Assembly: GCF_036971445.1 (NCBI RefSeq)
Contig: NC_091471.1
Span: 296,608,001 to 296,672,000, forward strand
Length of the DNA stretch: 64,000 nucleotides
DNA from: Narcine bancroftii
Taxonomy: Eukaryota
Direction: 5' to 3'
The notes under the pieces are model-generated. The model did no database searches. It saw nothing but the letters and a program-made list of their open reading frames with translations, and had not been told where the DNA came from. Both the position numbers and the translations under genes were made by a program. Shown here one piece after another: positions 13,444 to 25,699 of the stretch (positions are counted from its first letter, which is position 1; every line of letters starts with the position of its first letter).

Positions 13444-13471
13444 CATGCCTTTGCTTAGGAGGAATAGTGCT
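13444..13471 (-). CDS. MAU2: MAU2 exon 6 (R-ALFLLSKGM), 28 nt
   Basis: cttgcag|AGCACTATTCCTCCTAAGCAAAGGCATG|gtaagt; phase matches exon 5. Confidence 0.93.
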
Positions 13472-14362
13472 CTGCAAGAGAAAGTTTAAACTTTCAATTA
13501 GGTGTTTTGATTAGTCATATATGTGCTAAATATTGAAATGGATTAGGGAAATTGAAGGAGAAATTCACATATTAATGCACAACCTTCAAGAATCCTACTC
13601 CAGGGCCTTGACATGGGTGACATCCCCATGTCATACTGAGGGAGTTATGAAGCAAGAAAGGTGCTCAATCTTCACAAAAATGTTACTTCACAGCTCCACC
13701 CACTTGATCTGTCCTATAGGGAACTCCAGACTTATTAACATGCATAAATATTTGTATCGATTCATATTTTGGGATCTGCGCTTTATTGCAAATCCAATTG
13801 CCCTTAAACTGAGTCATCATTTCAGAGTACAATGAAGAGCTCACCATGCAACATAGGTCTGGAGTTCACAGACATCACTTTCTTTTCTCCATCTGGTCAA
13901 CGAGCCCCAATATATTCGCTCCAGTAGTTAACATTAACAATGTGCAGGTAATCGAGTGATATTTATCATGTGCAAGCTTAATTTGGGTATCATGTTCAGC
14001 ACATACATCTTCAGCCAAAGGGCCTGCTCCTATGCTGGACTGTTCCATGTTCTAAAATTGTTGTTTTCAAATTCCAGATTATTGATCAAATTTCAACTTC
14101 ATAGCTCCTATCATAAGATTTTATTATATTTAATTAATCTGGATTAGCAGTCTAATAATAGTTAATGCACAACCATCGTATGTCACATTCTTAAAGCTCC
14201 CAGTAATGATCTTGCAGTCACTCAGGTTAATTTTCGTAAACAAGGACCTATAAATGACCATGTCACCTAATTTCCTCAAATAAGTTTTTTTTTAACTTGT
14301 AAAGCTGTGGCTTGGATTACATTTCCACCCATGGACCTCAATCACCAAAATTTGGGTCTTAC

Positions 14363-14457
14363 CTTGTATATTCTGATCCCACTACTCTTGCATACTCAGC
14401 TCCAACTCCAAGAAGATCACATGCCGAGACCAAATCTTTCTCCAACGTATGGAGTTG
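14363..14457 (-). CDS. MAU2: MAU2 exon 5 (QLHTLEKDLVSACDLLGVGAEYARVVGSEYT-R)
   Basis: 95 nt, ctcacag/gtaaga boundaries, ends in phase 2. Confidence 0.95.
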
Positions 14458-14779
14458 CTGTGAGAAAGGGAAAGAGTTGCCTCAAATTCTTATAACTGCC
14501 ATTAAAATATAGAAATACTGTACATGGTGTCATCGAGTCAAGAGGAAATGCAACATCAAATGCTGTGGAGTTAAACTAGACAGTGTGCAGACACTGCAAT
14601 TGTAGTTTGACATAGAAAAGTGCTGGAGAAACTGCAGACACACAAGAGTGGCACTGACAGAGCTGTTGTAATGGTGGCGCTGCCACTTGTGTGAACCCAG
14701 TGAGAGCACTTCTCTGCAGGGTCCTACTGCCCAGTCCTTCTGTCGACGGCTCCGTACAGGCTTTAAATGGCCTGATGAA

Positions 14780-15345
14780 GGAGACGAAGGTGTTTTATCT
14801 AAAAATCGTGCAACCACAGGGTCTGGGCCCAAGATGGCAGCACCTAGTTTCAGCAACAACCTTGAGGGGTTGCAGACTCCAGGAGAGCAGTTGACTAGTG
14901 TAGGGTACCAGTAACAGGGAGAAGAGCCTTCATTCAGAAGAGAAGATGATCCCAAGGATAGTGACAAACCAGCAAGGCCGCTGCGGCAACAGACACACAC
15001 AGGTGGCAACCTACTGACAACTTTCAGGCGAGGAACCCACGCAGGCTACGGGCTGCTGGAGACTGGCTCATGAGAACCAGATATCGGAACCAGGATTCAA
15101 GAATGTGCTGAGGCTAAGAAGGTCCCCCGAAGGAACCTGAGAATTGAAGAGTTCCTCATCGTCTTGGAGGTTTAGATGTGGAGCTCGGGTTGCCGATGGT
15201 TTGAACTGGAGTCCATGCAGCTGCAGAGGCTGCGGAAGGGAATCCACAGACACTCAGAGACTGAAGGGACTCTCTTTTGCTCCTCTTTATCTTATTGTTG
15301 GGCAATGCTATTGATGGCTTTTTGTCTTACGGCAAAGAAAATTGG
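14780..15345 (+). repeat. Dispersed non-autonomous repeat family (~600 bp)
   Basis: Shared blocks with 9700-9865 (+), 38305-38890 (-) and 50120-50815 (-); Rex-like (CTTGAAT)n 3' tail in some copies. Confidence 0.5.
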
Positions 15346-15632
15346 AAGGAAATCATGGATATTTTTTTCTTTTCTTTCTAATATATTTTTATTGATTTGA
15401 AAGAGAAATATTTAGTTGTATATTTAACAAAAATAATCATCAATAGTACTTTAAAATACAGAATATGGGTCAATAGCAAATTATATAATACAATATAGAC
15501 AGTAAACGTGTATAAAAGAAGTTCATTTGGAGGAACTTCGATTCACATTCTATTATTGGAGTAAATTTATGATGACTAAATAATCTCTTCTATGTATAGA
15601 GAAAAAACGAAATTAAAACAGAATAAACACAG

Positions 15633-16089
15633 CATCGAGTCCACGCTGCTGAAGATCCAGCTGCGCTGGGTGGGTCACGTCTCCAGAATGGAGGACCATC
15701 GCCTTCCCAAGATCGTGTTATATGGCGAGCTCTCCACTGGCCACCGTGACAGAGGTGCACCAAAGAAAATGTACAATGACTGCCTAAAGAAATCTCTTGG
15801 TGCCTGCCACATTGACCACCGCCAGGGGGCTGATCTCGCCTCAAACCGTGCATCTTGGCGCCTCACCGTTCGGCGGGCAGCAACCTCCTTTGAAGAAGAC
15901 CGTAGAGCCCACCTCACTGACAAAAGGCAAAGGAGGAAAAACACAACACCCAACCAACCAATTTTCCCCTGCAACCGTGTCTGCCTGTCCCGCATCGGAC
16001 TTGTCAGCCACAATCGAGCCTGCAGCTGACGTGGACTTTTACCCCCTCCATAAATCTTCGTCCGCGAAGCCAAGCCAAAGAAAGAAAAG
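15633..16089 (+). mobile_element. RTE-clade LINE 3' end, 5'-truncated, young
   Basis: Open frame QLRWVGHVSRMEDHRLPKIVLYGELSTGHRDRGAPKK...SRIGLVSH; AAGCC/AAAG tail; TSD AAACACAG at 15625-15632 and 16090-16097. Confidence 0.85.
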
Positions 16090-16850
16090 AAACACAGAAA
16101 TTGAGAAAGAAAAGGAAAGAACAACCCCCCCCCCCACCCCAATCTGGATTTTGTGGGTATTATTACATAACAATAAAATGAACCTCAATTATTTTTATTA
16201 ATTATCTTAGTATTTTTAAAATTTATTTCTGTCTCTCAAGATATTACCTGATTCCAGCATTTTTGTGTATTGCACCAAAATCGCAGCGTCTGCAGATGTT
16301 CCTGTTTAACTCATCATTCACTGTCATTTGTGGGAATATGCTGTGTGCAAATTGGTTTCCACTTTACAAGAGTGATCTCTCTTTCAAAATACTTCCCTAC
16401 CTGTGATTTCTTGAAATCAGATAGGATGCAGGTCATTCACTGGGGCTCAGGCACAAGAGTGAAATTTGCATCATGGAAACACTCACTAACCAGGCCTTAA
16501 AAATTAAACATCTGCTAAGGAGTGACACCACAATCAATCTGGTCAAATTTCCTGTGAAGAATTAAACTTCAGATCCATAAATGAAAGGCACAGTTGAAAT
16601 AGAGGTTGACTACTTTGAGTGGTGTTCTTGGAAGTGAGAGGAGAAATGAAAAGTAATGCAGAGTTCACCTTAGGGATCGGAAAAATGCATACGAAAACCT
16701 CCTTGATTCGGTCTGAAGCTTCACCAGGGTGCACAGAAGCACTCCGAGTTTGTTAACCTCTTACTTCACTACTTCTGATAATTGTTAAAAAGTCAACTTT
16801 TACCTTGGCATGAAACCCCCATTAACCACAAGAAATCAAAAGGTACATAC

Positions 16851-16946
16851 TGCAAGCTGAAAGAGCAGTCGACAATGCCAGTAAGGTGTCTGCTGAGAGA
16901 TCTGGATTGCTTTCCGTAAAAGTGGTTTTGCTGAATCAACCAGATT
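16851..16946 (-). CDS. MAU2: MAU2 exon 4 ([32 protein letters not shown])
   Basis: 96 nt, tttcag/gtatgt boundaries; lies inside ORF 16836..17030. Confidence 0.95.
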
Positions 16947-19900
16947 CTGAAATACAAACAGTATTATTACCACAAACAAGGTCTCAAAAAAAAGGCAGAA
17001 AACAGTCCTGAAGACAATCAACATGGACATGTTACTATATGTGAAATGGATGCAGCAATTATCATGTCCAATGACTGAACAAGCCTAATAAGAGAGTATG
17101 CTTTCTTACAATTTTAAAAGGTCAATAAATAAGCGGATCAATTAAAAAAAAAAAGACATTTAGATTAAATAATGAGGTAGAGAGAGAAACTATTCCACTT
17201 GGTTCAGGAGTCTTGAAGCAGGATACATGGTCTAAAAGTTAGAGCCAGAACTAATGTTGGCAAAAACTTTGACACAGGGTCAGGAGCCAAAATTTATCAA
17301 CTCTCATCCACAAACATCAGTTGTTCACACAAAATGGACACATCTCCTTAACTCGTCTGCACTCTCAACCACTCATTTCCACTAATCCAATATCAATCCC
17401 ACAATATACTCAACACCCCTCAGATCCTACCACTCAACTGCAAATTGGGGGGGGAATTTACATGAGCTAATAAACATACCAATCTGCATCCCTTCGGGAA
17501 ATGGGAGGCAACAGTTCCACTAGTTGTGCTACAGTGCATCGAGGGTCTGACAACTTTTAAAAGGATCAGTGGATACAAGGAAAAGGAAGGCAAATAAATG
17601 GATTACTTCATGGATCAGCCAAGTTCAAATTTCAGGAGCTCGAATGGCCTGCTTCATGTCCTCAGAGTACAATTTTGTACTCTTCTGTTACAATCTCACT
17701 ATTTTATCAATTGTTCAATGGCTTCTCATATTGCAATCCCTGCAATAAAAAGATCCACATTCACTGAACCATCATGTCCTTTCCCAGGTCCTCAACCCTG
17801 TGAAACCAGTATTCTTTCTAAATATGGCTTTCAAAGTGCTGGTACTAAATGCCAGACTTTGTCCTTTTAGAACCCAACCAGATATGGACCTTGCACTTGT
17901 GGCCTGTCAGAATCTCCCTCACTGCACTCCTCCTATTCAGGTGTCCCATTGCTCCCAAAAGATAAAGCTTCCCTCAATTCAACTAAGGATTTTATTCCCG
18001 ACTCCTCTTGGTGATTAAAATTTCCTCTCCGTCCATCTTTGCATACTACCTTGTAAATTTAAACCCATCTGTAAATTACAGCAGATGAAGAGAGATGAAA
18101 TATGTGCCATCTTCCTTCCTGTTCATTTTGTCCCTTTACAAGGAACCACAAAACAACTCTGCAGGGAAAATTAACCAAATAAAGGCATTCAATATTAAAA
18201 TGACTGCCCTGAATTTTGAACCCACTAGCTACCTGTTGGGGAGAACTGGAAGACCAGGGAAAGGAAAAGCTTCACTCTGCTCACACTGGGTAGAAATGGT
18301 GGTGCCCAGGATGAAAAGCTGGCCGATGCCGCTTTTCCCAAAGTGTCTCCCTATCCCTGCCATGTAAGAGTCTTCATTTTTTATTAGTATGAAGTATACT
18401 AGTAAGGCTTTATCTGTAAACTTGAGGGAAGGGGTGTTAATTATGACAGCAGCATGGTTAATGTAGTGGCGAGTGCAACACTGTTACAGTCCCAGTAACC
18501 GGATGAAAGTAAACTTTACATAAGTCTGCAATAGTGTTTTTTTTTTCAAATTACTTTACATTTTGCATGTTTTTTTGTCTTTTAAATGATGCATTCTTAA
18601 TGTAGGTGTATTATTTAGGCATTGGAAGAGCGAGTCTCAGTCAACGGGAAAATTAGCATAAACGGTATCCGTGATCCCCATACATGCCAGATAATTGAGA
18701 TTCTACTGTAGTTCTATCCTTTCCTAGTCCAAACTCTCACTGCTCATTGAAATTAGATGAGAGAAAATATTTTTAACCAGCAATAGGCCAACAGAATAGA
18801 ATGAAGACAACCATTCAATGAAATATCAGGAAAAGATTTAAAAGTAGAGGCAGTTGAACTGAACAGAAACAAAAGAAAAGATTTAAAATCGTTTCAGAGT
18901 CTGCACTGAAGCCAGAAGGGAGAGTTTTTGACAAAGTACCACAGCACTGGAGGAAGGCGCATGTTGCTTTCCTGCTTCATAACTCATATTTAAAATGACC
19001 CTGTGAAAAGTACAAGGATATTGGTAATTGTAGCCAACTCATCTGAGCCAGCATTCACCCATAAAACAGTTATCCTTTCTGTCCATTTTCCATCTTCCTC
19101 CTGTTTTTGTATTAACCAATAATTCAAGAAGTGGGCACTTTAACATCATAGCCCTAAATTTTGTGCCCTTACTTGCGGATCTTTGGTACCATATTTCAGG
19201 ATTGTCAGCTGCACTTACATTATTCCCTCCCACCCTTGCAGAACTTCAAACACATCATCTGTATTGCTTGGAATCGGTGCCATTTTGATGAAGAAAGATT
19301 TTTTTTTTAAATTTCACATTGTGCTTCCTCACACAAAAAAATACCCAAGGGAGATTTTGTAATATCCTCTCGAAAACCACAATATCCTTCCCAGAAGGAG
19401 AAGCCCAATATTGCATGTTCACTGAGTTTTTAAACTTGTGCCTTGGCTTTTAACTATTCATTAGGAAATCTACAGTTCTTGCAAGTTTTGATGATTCCAT
19501 TAAACAGCTCCCATCAACGGCAAACACCCATCCATCCAAACTCTTCCACTGCAACAAGACCAGTCCATTCCATGGATAATTATTGCTATCCTATGAAATA
19601 AATGTCTCATTGTACTCTTGGAAATATTAAATTCCGCCTGTCACTAATCCCCTTTGTAGTTTATTTTGTTTTTCTAAACCATTGACTGTGGCCCCATTTT
19701 CTGATCATCAAATCACAATATAATCCCCTCTGGAACAACTTCCATTCATTGAATCAGTTGGCAGAAATGGTCCCCAGAACCGTATTTCAAATACCACCAT
19801 CCATTTTCAATCGATATGATCCTTAAAACTGTTGGCTTTCTCCTCAGTAACTTCATTGTGCTTCTTTTGTTCTCCTTCAGTTAGTTGGACAAAATCACTG

Positions 19901-20879
19901 CTTTTTCTGTTTTGTGTTGCTAATAGCTGGGCTTTACCATATGCTCAGCAGATACGGTTGTAGTTAACAGAGAGTAAAACTGAGCCAAAATCCCAGATGT
20001 ACAAGTTACAGCAGATATGGCTGGTTTTGATGGAGACAAAGGAATTTATCTGATGTTGGACAATTCAGTATGGAGTCCAATTTGCAATCTGCTCAGTTAG
20101 AAGAGGAGGTACTGTGTTGAACCTCATTGAAACAATGCAAGAGGCCACAGAAGTCAGTGAGATGGAGAATGTGGTGGTAAGATGCAGCCCAGGATTGCTC
20201 TTATCCAGTCAACCCCAATGAAGGGTTTTCAACCTGACATGTTAACTCTGCTTTTCTGCTCACATACCCTGTCTGACCAGTTGAGTGCTTTCAGCATTTT
20301 CTAATGTTATTTCCAATCTCTGATATTGCTCTTGTGAAAATATTGCTTAAATTTACATTCATGTTGGATATAACCACATCTTTGATAGCTCCAATTAATG
20401 CAAGTATTTATTGATTTATTGCTGGTTGTTTCCACAACTTAGTAAGTGGAATCATGAACATCTTTTACCTACATTTACACAATTCCTCTCCTTAAGCAAA
20501 CTACTGCACGAAGTTGCAAGCAAATGTTTCCTGACTGAAAACATTTCATACAAGTCTGCAATAAAATCATAAAATGCACATTTCAAAAGTTAACAAAAAT
20601 CAACGAAAGGTTTAGTCACATGGCTTCAATGGCAGTGAATATTTGAAGCTGAATGGTATTCACAAGACATACAATCAATTCTTCTGATGCCATTGGACAA
20701 TGAGAAAAGGGAACAAACCAAATTTCTGACTTCTCCCATTGGACACTCTCCTGTCAGCAAATGGCAAACTCCAGTTAGATTCGATGCAGATCACTCATTT
20801 GATCAGGCTTAGACCAAATCAATTATCTTGTGCAAAAGTATTTGGAAATGTCTACTGAGCCAGATTTAAATCAACCACA

Positions 20880-21410
20880 ATTTATTTCAGCTTGAAAAAG
20901 ATTCTATCACCAGACACATTCTCCTCCCCTTCAGCAATGATGGAACTGTTCCCCTTCTGAGTCCCTGGTCTGCTTTTCTATCCACAACAAACACATGGTG
21001 TTATAATACTTTTCTGTGCAGCCTCAGGATATGTCCTTTAATCTCTTCTCTACCCAACATCCAAACTCTTTCCAGGTGAGGCAGTGATCACTTGCACTTT
21101 TTCCTGTATTAAGTATTCACAATGTGGCCTCCTCTTCAGTGGAGAAAGCAAACAAAGCTTCCTTCTACCTTGAGGAAGGGCTCAGGCCCGAAACGTACAT
21201 TTACCTCCTATGGACACTGCGAGACCGGCTGAGTTCCTTGAGCATTTCCGTGTTTAGACTTTAATTCTCCAACCACCCTGACCTCTGCGGCCTCCTGCAC
21301 CATTTCACCAACTGCCCAGCAGAAGCTCATCCAAACACCTCATCTTCCACCTGGGCGAATTGCAGATTGAACTCTGTATTGAATTCTCCATCTTCAGGTA
21401 ACCTACATTC
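20880..21410 (+). mobile_element. Penelope-like element 3' remnant with nested hammerhead-bearing short element
   Basis: Degraded GIY-YIG-region blocks (ttccaggtgaggcag, cacctcatcttccacctggg) interrupted at about 21165-21260 by TTGAGGA-A-GGGCTCAGGCCC-GAAACGTA. Confidence 0.55.
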
Positions 21411-21858
21411 TCTATCAGAACTGGACATTTCTGCTGTAACTCGTACATGTTTGATCTCGACAAGTTTTACTCTCTGTTGCTTAAACATAACATTCAGGGC
21501 ACATATTACAGCCCTGCAATTAGCGAGACACAACAAAAGAATTGGAGTAATCCCATCCAACTGTCCATGAATCCAATTAATCTGGTCTCAACCCAGATTC
21601 TTGATTCATTCTTCCAGCCATTTTCTCTGCATTAAAATTATCTTCTTTCTCTTTCCTACTTCTGAATAGTCTCCAATTGAAAACATAAGATCACAAATAT
21701 TGAAAACTTCAAATAAACATGTATTGCTAAAAACACATAGTGTGTGGTCGGGCAGCATCCTGAGAAAGAGAAACAATTAATGTTTTCAATAACCAATTCT
21801 CTTAGTTTCTTGTGATCAACTTTTAACAAAAAGCTAAAAAGATTTTTTTTGGTCTTAC

Positions 21859-21924
21859 CTGGTGACAATATAACTCTGACAGAAGGCTGGCTGCTTCAAA
21901 TTTGATATCTTCAAACTGTGGAAT
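21859..21924 (-). CDS. MAU2: MAU2 exon 3 (IPQFEDIKFEAASLLSELYCHQ)
   Basis: 66 nt, AG/GT flanked, in frame, MAU2 sequence. Confidence 0.95.
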
Positions 21925-24072
21925 CTAACACACTCACATTAAGGATACATCAAAAATAATCATTTGAATATTGTTATTTCAAACCACTTTCCCCTCTGCT
22001 TTCTAAAAGCGTTGCAACATTAGGTCTGAGGGTAGAATTTTGAAGAACTAATGCACAAATGTCCACAATGTTATTCAGAAATTTGCCAGATGTACAATTT
22101 CCAACGTGGCAGAATGGAATCAAAACAAGTAACCATTAAGACCAAATGTATAATGAATTTTAACAACTCCCTAAAATATAGCTGTCACTGAGAAACAATC
22201 ATTTTCCACCTTCTCCATCCAACGACCCCAGTAAGTGTGGGGTAGAAATTTGAAAACCAACAAGAAGAAGAACTGCACTATATCTGAGAGGCACAAAACT
22301 CCAGAAGAAAGCAAAGCAAGGAAGCAAAAACAGAGGTGGATTTTAAAGAAAATCATGGAAGAGTGGAAGATGATGAGACTCAAACATTTAGGAAGCAAAT
22401 TCTAATCTTTGAAACTGAAAATTTTGTTAGTCATCCAAGCTCGAGGAGAAAAAAAACATAGGAACATAGTATTGAGGACACATGACTGGAGAATGCAGAT
22501 AGGAAAAGTAACTATGATGGAATGTAAATGAAAGACGGTGCATCTCAAATTGTAATTGTTGGGGGAGCAGTGTAAATTAGCAAGTCTGGGGAGATGGAGA
22601 TTAGATTTCAGTGAAGAGAATTTCTGTTTTATCATTTTAAGAGGATAGAAGATGAGAGATTGGCTAGAATACTGAAACAGTTAATGAGAAAATAAAGGAT
22701 TCGTGGAGGATTTCACTAAGAGGTGGACCAGGGTGGAATGAAAAAAATAAAACTAGAGATGAAAGTAGTCAGCTTTTGAGGATAAAATGGGATTGAACTG
22801 GTGTGAAAAAAATTACAAGTTTGTTGGAGTAATTAAATAATACGTCTTCAATCCTCCCTGGAGGAATCTGCTGATTATCTAACAATGGATGCCATACCAG
22901 CAGGTGATGCATAGGTGGTATAGTGGTCAAGATAGGCAATGGGCACTGGAACTGAACGTTGTCACAGCTGACCTCTCATCCATCGATGATATTATTGGAA
23001 TGTCCGCATGATCAAGAAAGAAAGAGTAAATGGAAACTCTTGGGGCACTGGAGAGGAAAGAAAGCGGAGCTAGGAAGGGTAGCCACAGACAAAACTTTTT
23101 TTTGAGGCACAAATATAAGCAGGAGTTCTGTAGCTATACTGAGCTTGGGGCAAGGGCTGCAAGATTCACTCCAATATGTTTACAGCAAAGAAGCATAAAT
23201 TGGATTACAAAGTGAACCAAAAGGACTACAGAATGAAGGGGGTAAAAATGAAAGGCTGCAGCCACCATGGTTGAAGTATAAACACGATGTTGGAGACACT
23301 CAGGAGGTCAAGCAGTGTACTTTACATAGCAAAGATAGATACATAACCAACATTTTGGGCTTCAGCCCTTCATCAAAATATGAAAAAGATGTAGGCAGGT
23401 ACCATACCAACATTTTGGGCTTCAGCCCTTCATCAAGATATGAGCAAAAGGTAGGCAGGTTCCATACCCAAATTTTCAGGCATTAGCCCTTCATCAAGGT
23501 ATGAGCAAAATGTAGCCAGGTGCCATAATCAAGGTTTCAAATTGAGCCCTTCATTTACATATGAGCAGACTGTAGGCAGGTGCCTGAATCCAGGTGCATG
23601 CCTACATTTTGTTCAAACCTTAATGAAAGGCTCAAGCCCAAAATGTTATGCATCTTTATCTTTGCTACATAAACTGTTTGCTACACTGTTTGACCTGCTG
23701 AGTTTATCCAGCATTATGGTTTTACAATAAGAATGAATGATATTTTACTTAAAAAATGTTACAGAGCAAATTATGGAGTCACCTTTCTGTCTGCCTTTTG
23801 GACATGGATTCAAATGGCTTAATTTATCATTGAATTCTCATTTTCATTTTACATTGTTCTTCAGGCCAGTGCTTAGACTCCAGAACCACTTCTGCTGAAT
23901 CCAAGCAATGAGATGCAATGCACTAATTTGCTTGATCTGGGTATAATCATTCTTGATTGCAAGAAAAAAATGATTAGCAAGAATTAAAATGAGAAAAGCA
24001 ACACTTCTTCAGCAAGACCACCGCTAAGCCACCAGCTACTCACTTTACCTTTGTTTAGAATAAAAAGGATAC
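21925..24072 (-). other. MAU2: U12-type (minor spliceosome) GT-AG intron 2 of MAU2
   Basis: Donor GTATCCTTT at 24072-24064. Branch site TCCTTAAT at 21945-21938, about 12 nt from the AG, with no polypyrimidine tract. Confidence 0.9.
23272..23728. repeat. Fold-back element with four tandem ~60-bp hammerhead-like units
   Basis: Units at about 23342, 23402, 23462 and 23523 (cataaccaacattttgggcttcagcccttcatcaag..tgagcaaaa.gtaggcaggt); 23592-23728 is an inverted copy of the left arm. Confidence 0.8.
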
Positions 24073-24090
24073 TTGTTGGGATATTAACCA
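24073..24090 (-). CDS. MAU2: MAU2 exon 2, 18-nt micro-exon (WLISQQ)
   Basis: tctctttcag|TGGTTAATATCCCAACAA|gtatccttttt supplies the WLISQQ residues expected between exons 1 and 3. Confidence 0.93.
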
Positions 24091-24979
24091 CTGAAAGAGA
24101 AGAAAAAATTTTTTTTTAATTAGTCACATTGGTGATATTGCAAATCAGTAAAATCTACCCTGTGACATAACAACTTGGCATGCTCACACAAGGGATTCTT
24201 TATTGCAAAATTTCTTTATATCCATTTCTTTTTCCATCAAAGGAAACTTCACTGTCCAATATCTTCATTAATTGAGCAGCACCAGTTTGATGCAGCCTAA
24301 TCATTATTTCCTCATTATCATAATAGCTCCTGTCAACCGTACTCTTTTGAATCTGCTACTTAAACTTCAAACTCCCCTCCGATCTTGCAATCTTTAACAC
24401 AGAAATGCTGGAAGAACCAAAACATCAGTTATATACCTTTACCTAGCATGGACACTGCCAAGTTCTTCTAGCACTTAATGCATTTGAACTATAATCACAG
24501 TATCTGTAGACTTTAGTGTTTCATTTCAACCAGTGAATGTGCTGCAAGTTCAGAGATGAGGGACGAACTGCTTTACCCAGAGGGTAGTGAATCAGTGGAA
24601 TTCGTGGCCTATTGAAGTAGTGGAGACAAACTCAGTAAATACACAGTATTTAAGACAAGGTTGGATAGATTTCTACATGGTATGGGAATTAAGGGAAATG
24701 GAGAAAAGGCAGGGAGGTGACAATGAACCTATCACATTGTCACATGATCACAGTGAATGGCGGAGCAGGCTCAACAGGCCAGATAGCCAACTCCTGCCCC
24801 TATTTCTTCTGTTTCAATCTTTCACACTTGTTTGGATCCATCTGCCATTTTATGACTGCTGTTACAAATCCTGCTGCTTCCTCTGACAGCCTTCCTCAGA
24901 ATCCACTTTTTTTTTAATGGTTGAGAAGCGATGGGAGTCAGACATTGGTGTTGTAATATCAGAAAGATGATGTATGGAT

Positions 24980-25690
24980 TGTTGTTCAGATAGTATGACA
25001 TCAATTATAAATGCAAGATATGGATTGGTTCAGTGTAACTTCCTACACCAATTATACTGTATATTACGCCACAGAAGATGCACAGGTCAAAATCTAAATA
25101 TTGGAGATGTGTTTTAGATGTGGGATTGAAACATGAACTTGGTCGTGTGTGAAGGTGAATCCTTTTTGGCAAGATATTGCTGAAACATTGACAAGGATAA
25201 CGGGGGTGGCATTCCCAGGCAACCCGCAGCTTTTTTTGGCGGGTAATTTTATTGAAATAAGTAATAAATTCTTAATTTATTTTGTCAAAATAGCTTTAGG
25301 AGTAGCTAAGAAGTGTATTGTAACTATCAGTACTTTGTCCAACTTTCCTTTACTCAGAGCACAATGGACTGAAGAGATGATAGTTGTATACCTATGGAGA
25401 AAACTACAATCTTAAAAAAAAACCAAGTATGATATATTTGTCAAGATATGGCAGCCTTATTTGGATCATATAGGGGCCCAATTATAATGCTAACAACAGA
25501 TGTTGTTACAATACAAGCAGATGTGACTTCCCCACATAGATCTTTTATAGATTTTATGGATTGTGCAAGTATGAGCTTGGACGAGGTATGGTTTTATATT
25601 TTGTAGGGGGAGGGGAGAGGGGTTTTTCTTTGTAGGAAATAATATAATATAGTGATATTGAAAATTTCTAAAAAATGAAATATTTGAAAA
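24980..25690 (+). mobile_element. L1-clade LINE 3' end, degraded
   Basis: CFRC and KVNPFWQDI...IALGVAKKCI motifs; G-rich 3'UTR and A-tail. Confidence 0.7.
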
Positions 25691-25699
25691 AATCCATAA

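Noticed and set aside
14530-15009. 159-aa minus-strand ORF
   Set aside because: Overlaps a dispersed non-coding repeat family and has no known motif.
23342-23584. CRISPR-like array
   Set aside because: Units are contiguous tandem copies without unique spacers, the context is a eukaryotic intron, and there are no cas genes.
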